DNA from: Porphyridium purpureum
Lineage: Eukaryota
DNA length: 64,000 bases
Direction of reading: 5' to 3'
Assembly (NCBI GenBank): GCA_008690995.1
Contig: VRMN01000013.1
Span: forward strand, 310,001 to 374,000
Positions within the stretch are counted from its first letter, which is position 1, and each line of letters begins with the position of its first letter. The notes under the pieces are model-generated. The model was not told where the DNA came from, did no database searches, and saw only the letters and a program-made list of their open reading frames with translations. The translations under genes and the position numbers were made by a program. This document shows positions 63,852 through 64,000 of this stretch, one piece after another.

Positions 63852-64000
63852 ATGGCGGCCGTGCTGACTCTGACGGCGCATCGCCTTGGGGTGACTGCGG
63901 TGCAGTTCTCGCACGATAGCCGGTTCATCAAGTCCGGCAGCTGGGACAAGACAGTCAAGGTATGGGACTCACGTACCGGCGCACAGGTGCGCACTATGAC
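63852..64000 (+). CDS. WD40-repeat protein, 5' end (runs off the window)
   Basis: MAAVLTLTAHRLGVTAVQFSHDSRFIKSGSWDKTVKVWDSRTG is a canonical WD40 repeat. Confidence 0.85.
   Translation, partial: MAAVLTLTAHRLGVTAVQFSHDSRFIKSGSWDKTVKVWDSRTGAQVRTM

Overview
Gene-dense, essentially intron-free eukaryotic DNA. The plastid-targeted genes, MxAF-like transit peptides and near-absence of introns suggest a unicellular red alga such as Porphyridium (inference). The first ~14 kb is transposon-derived: a Plavaka/CACTA-like DDE transposase convergent with a PWWP-domain gene, a 5'-truncated Ty1/copia element and a Tc1/mariner relic. At 27.4-34.0 kb a nearly intact, young LTR retrotransposon is nested in an inverted solo LTR of a related family. 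This element is the most unusual object in the window. It has Ty3/gypsy-type Gag and protease joined to copia-order IN-RT-RNaseH through a -1 slippery site plus an H-type pseudoknot. Its 5-bp target duplication lies two bases outside the TG...CA, so the integrated ends are CG...AG, and the older solo LTR shows the same offset (CA...AG). The rest is housekeeping genes: EPL1, START, PH-CAMK kinase, alpha-CA, NTA1, Myb, AspRS, MsrB-like, PHO88, EamA, MAPR, eIF4A-like, mTERF, ilvD, GST, LMW-PTP-like, two PPR-like paralogs and a WD40 gene. Several genes at 14.6-26.5 kb carry frameshifts that are probably consensus errors.
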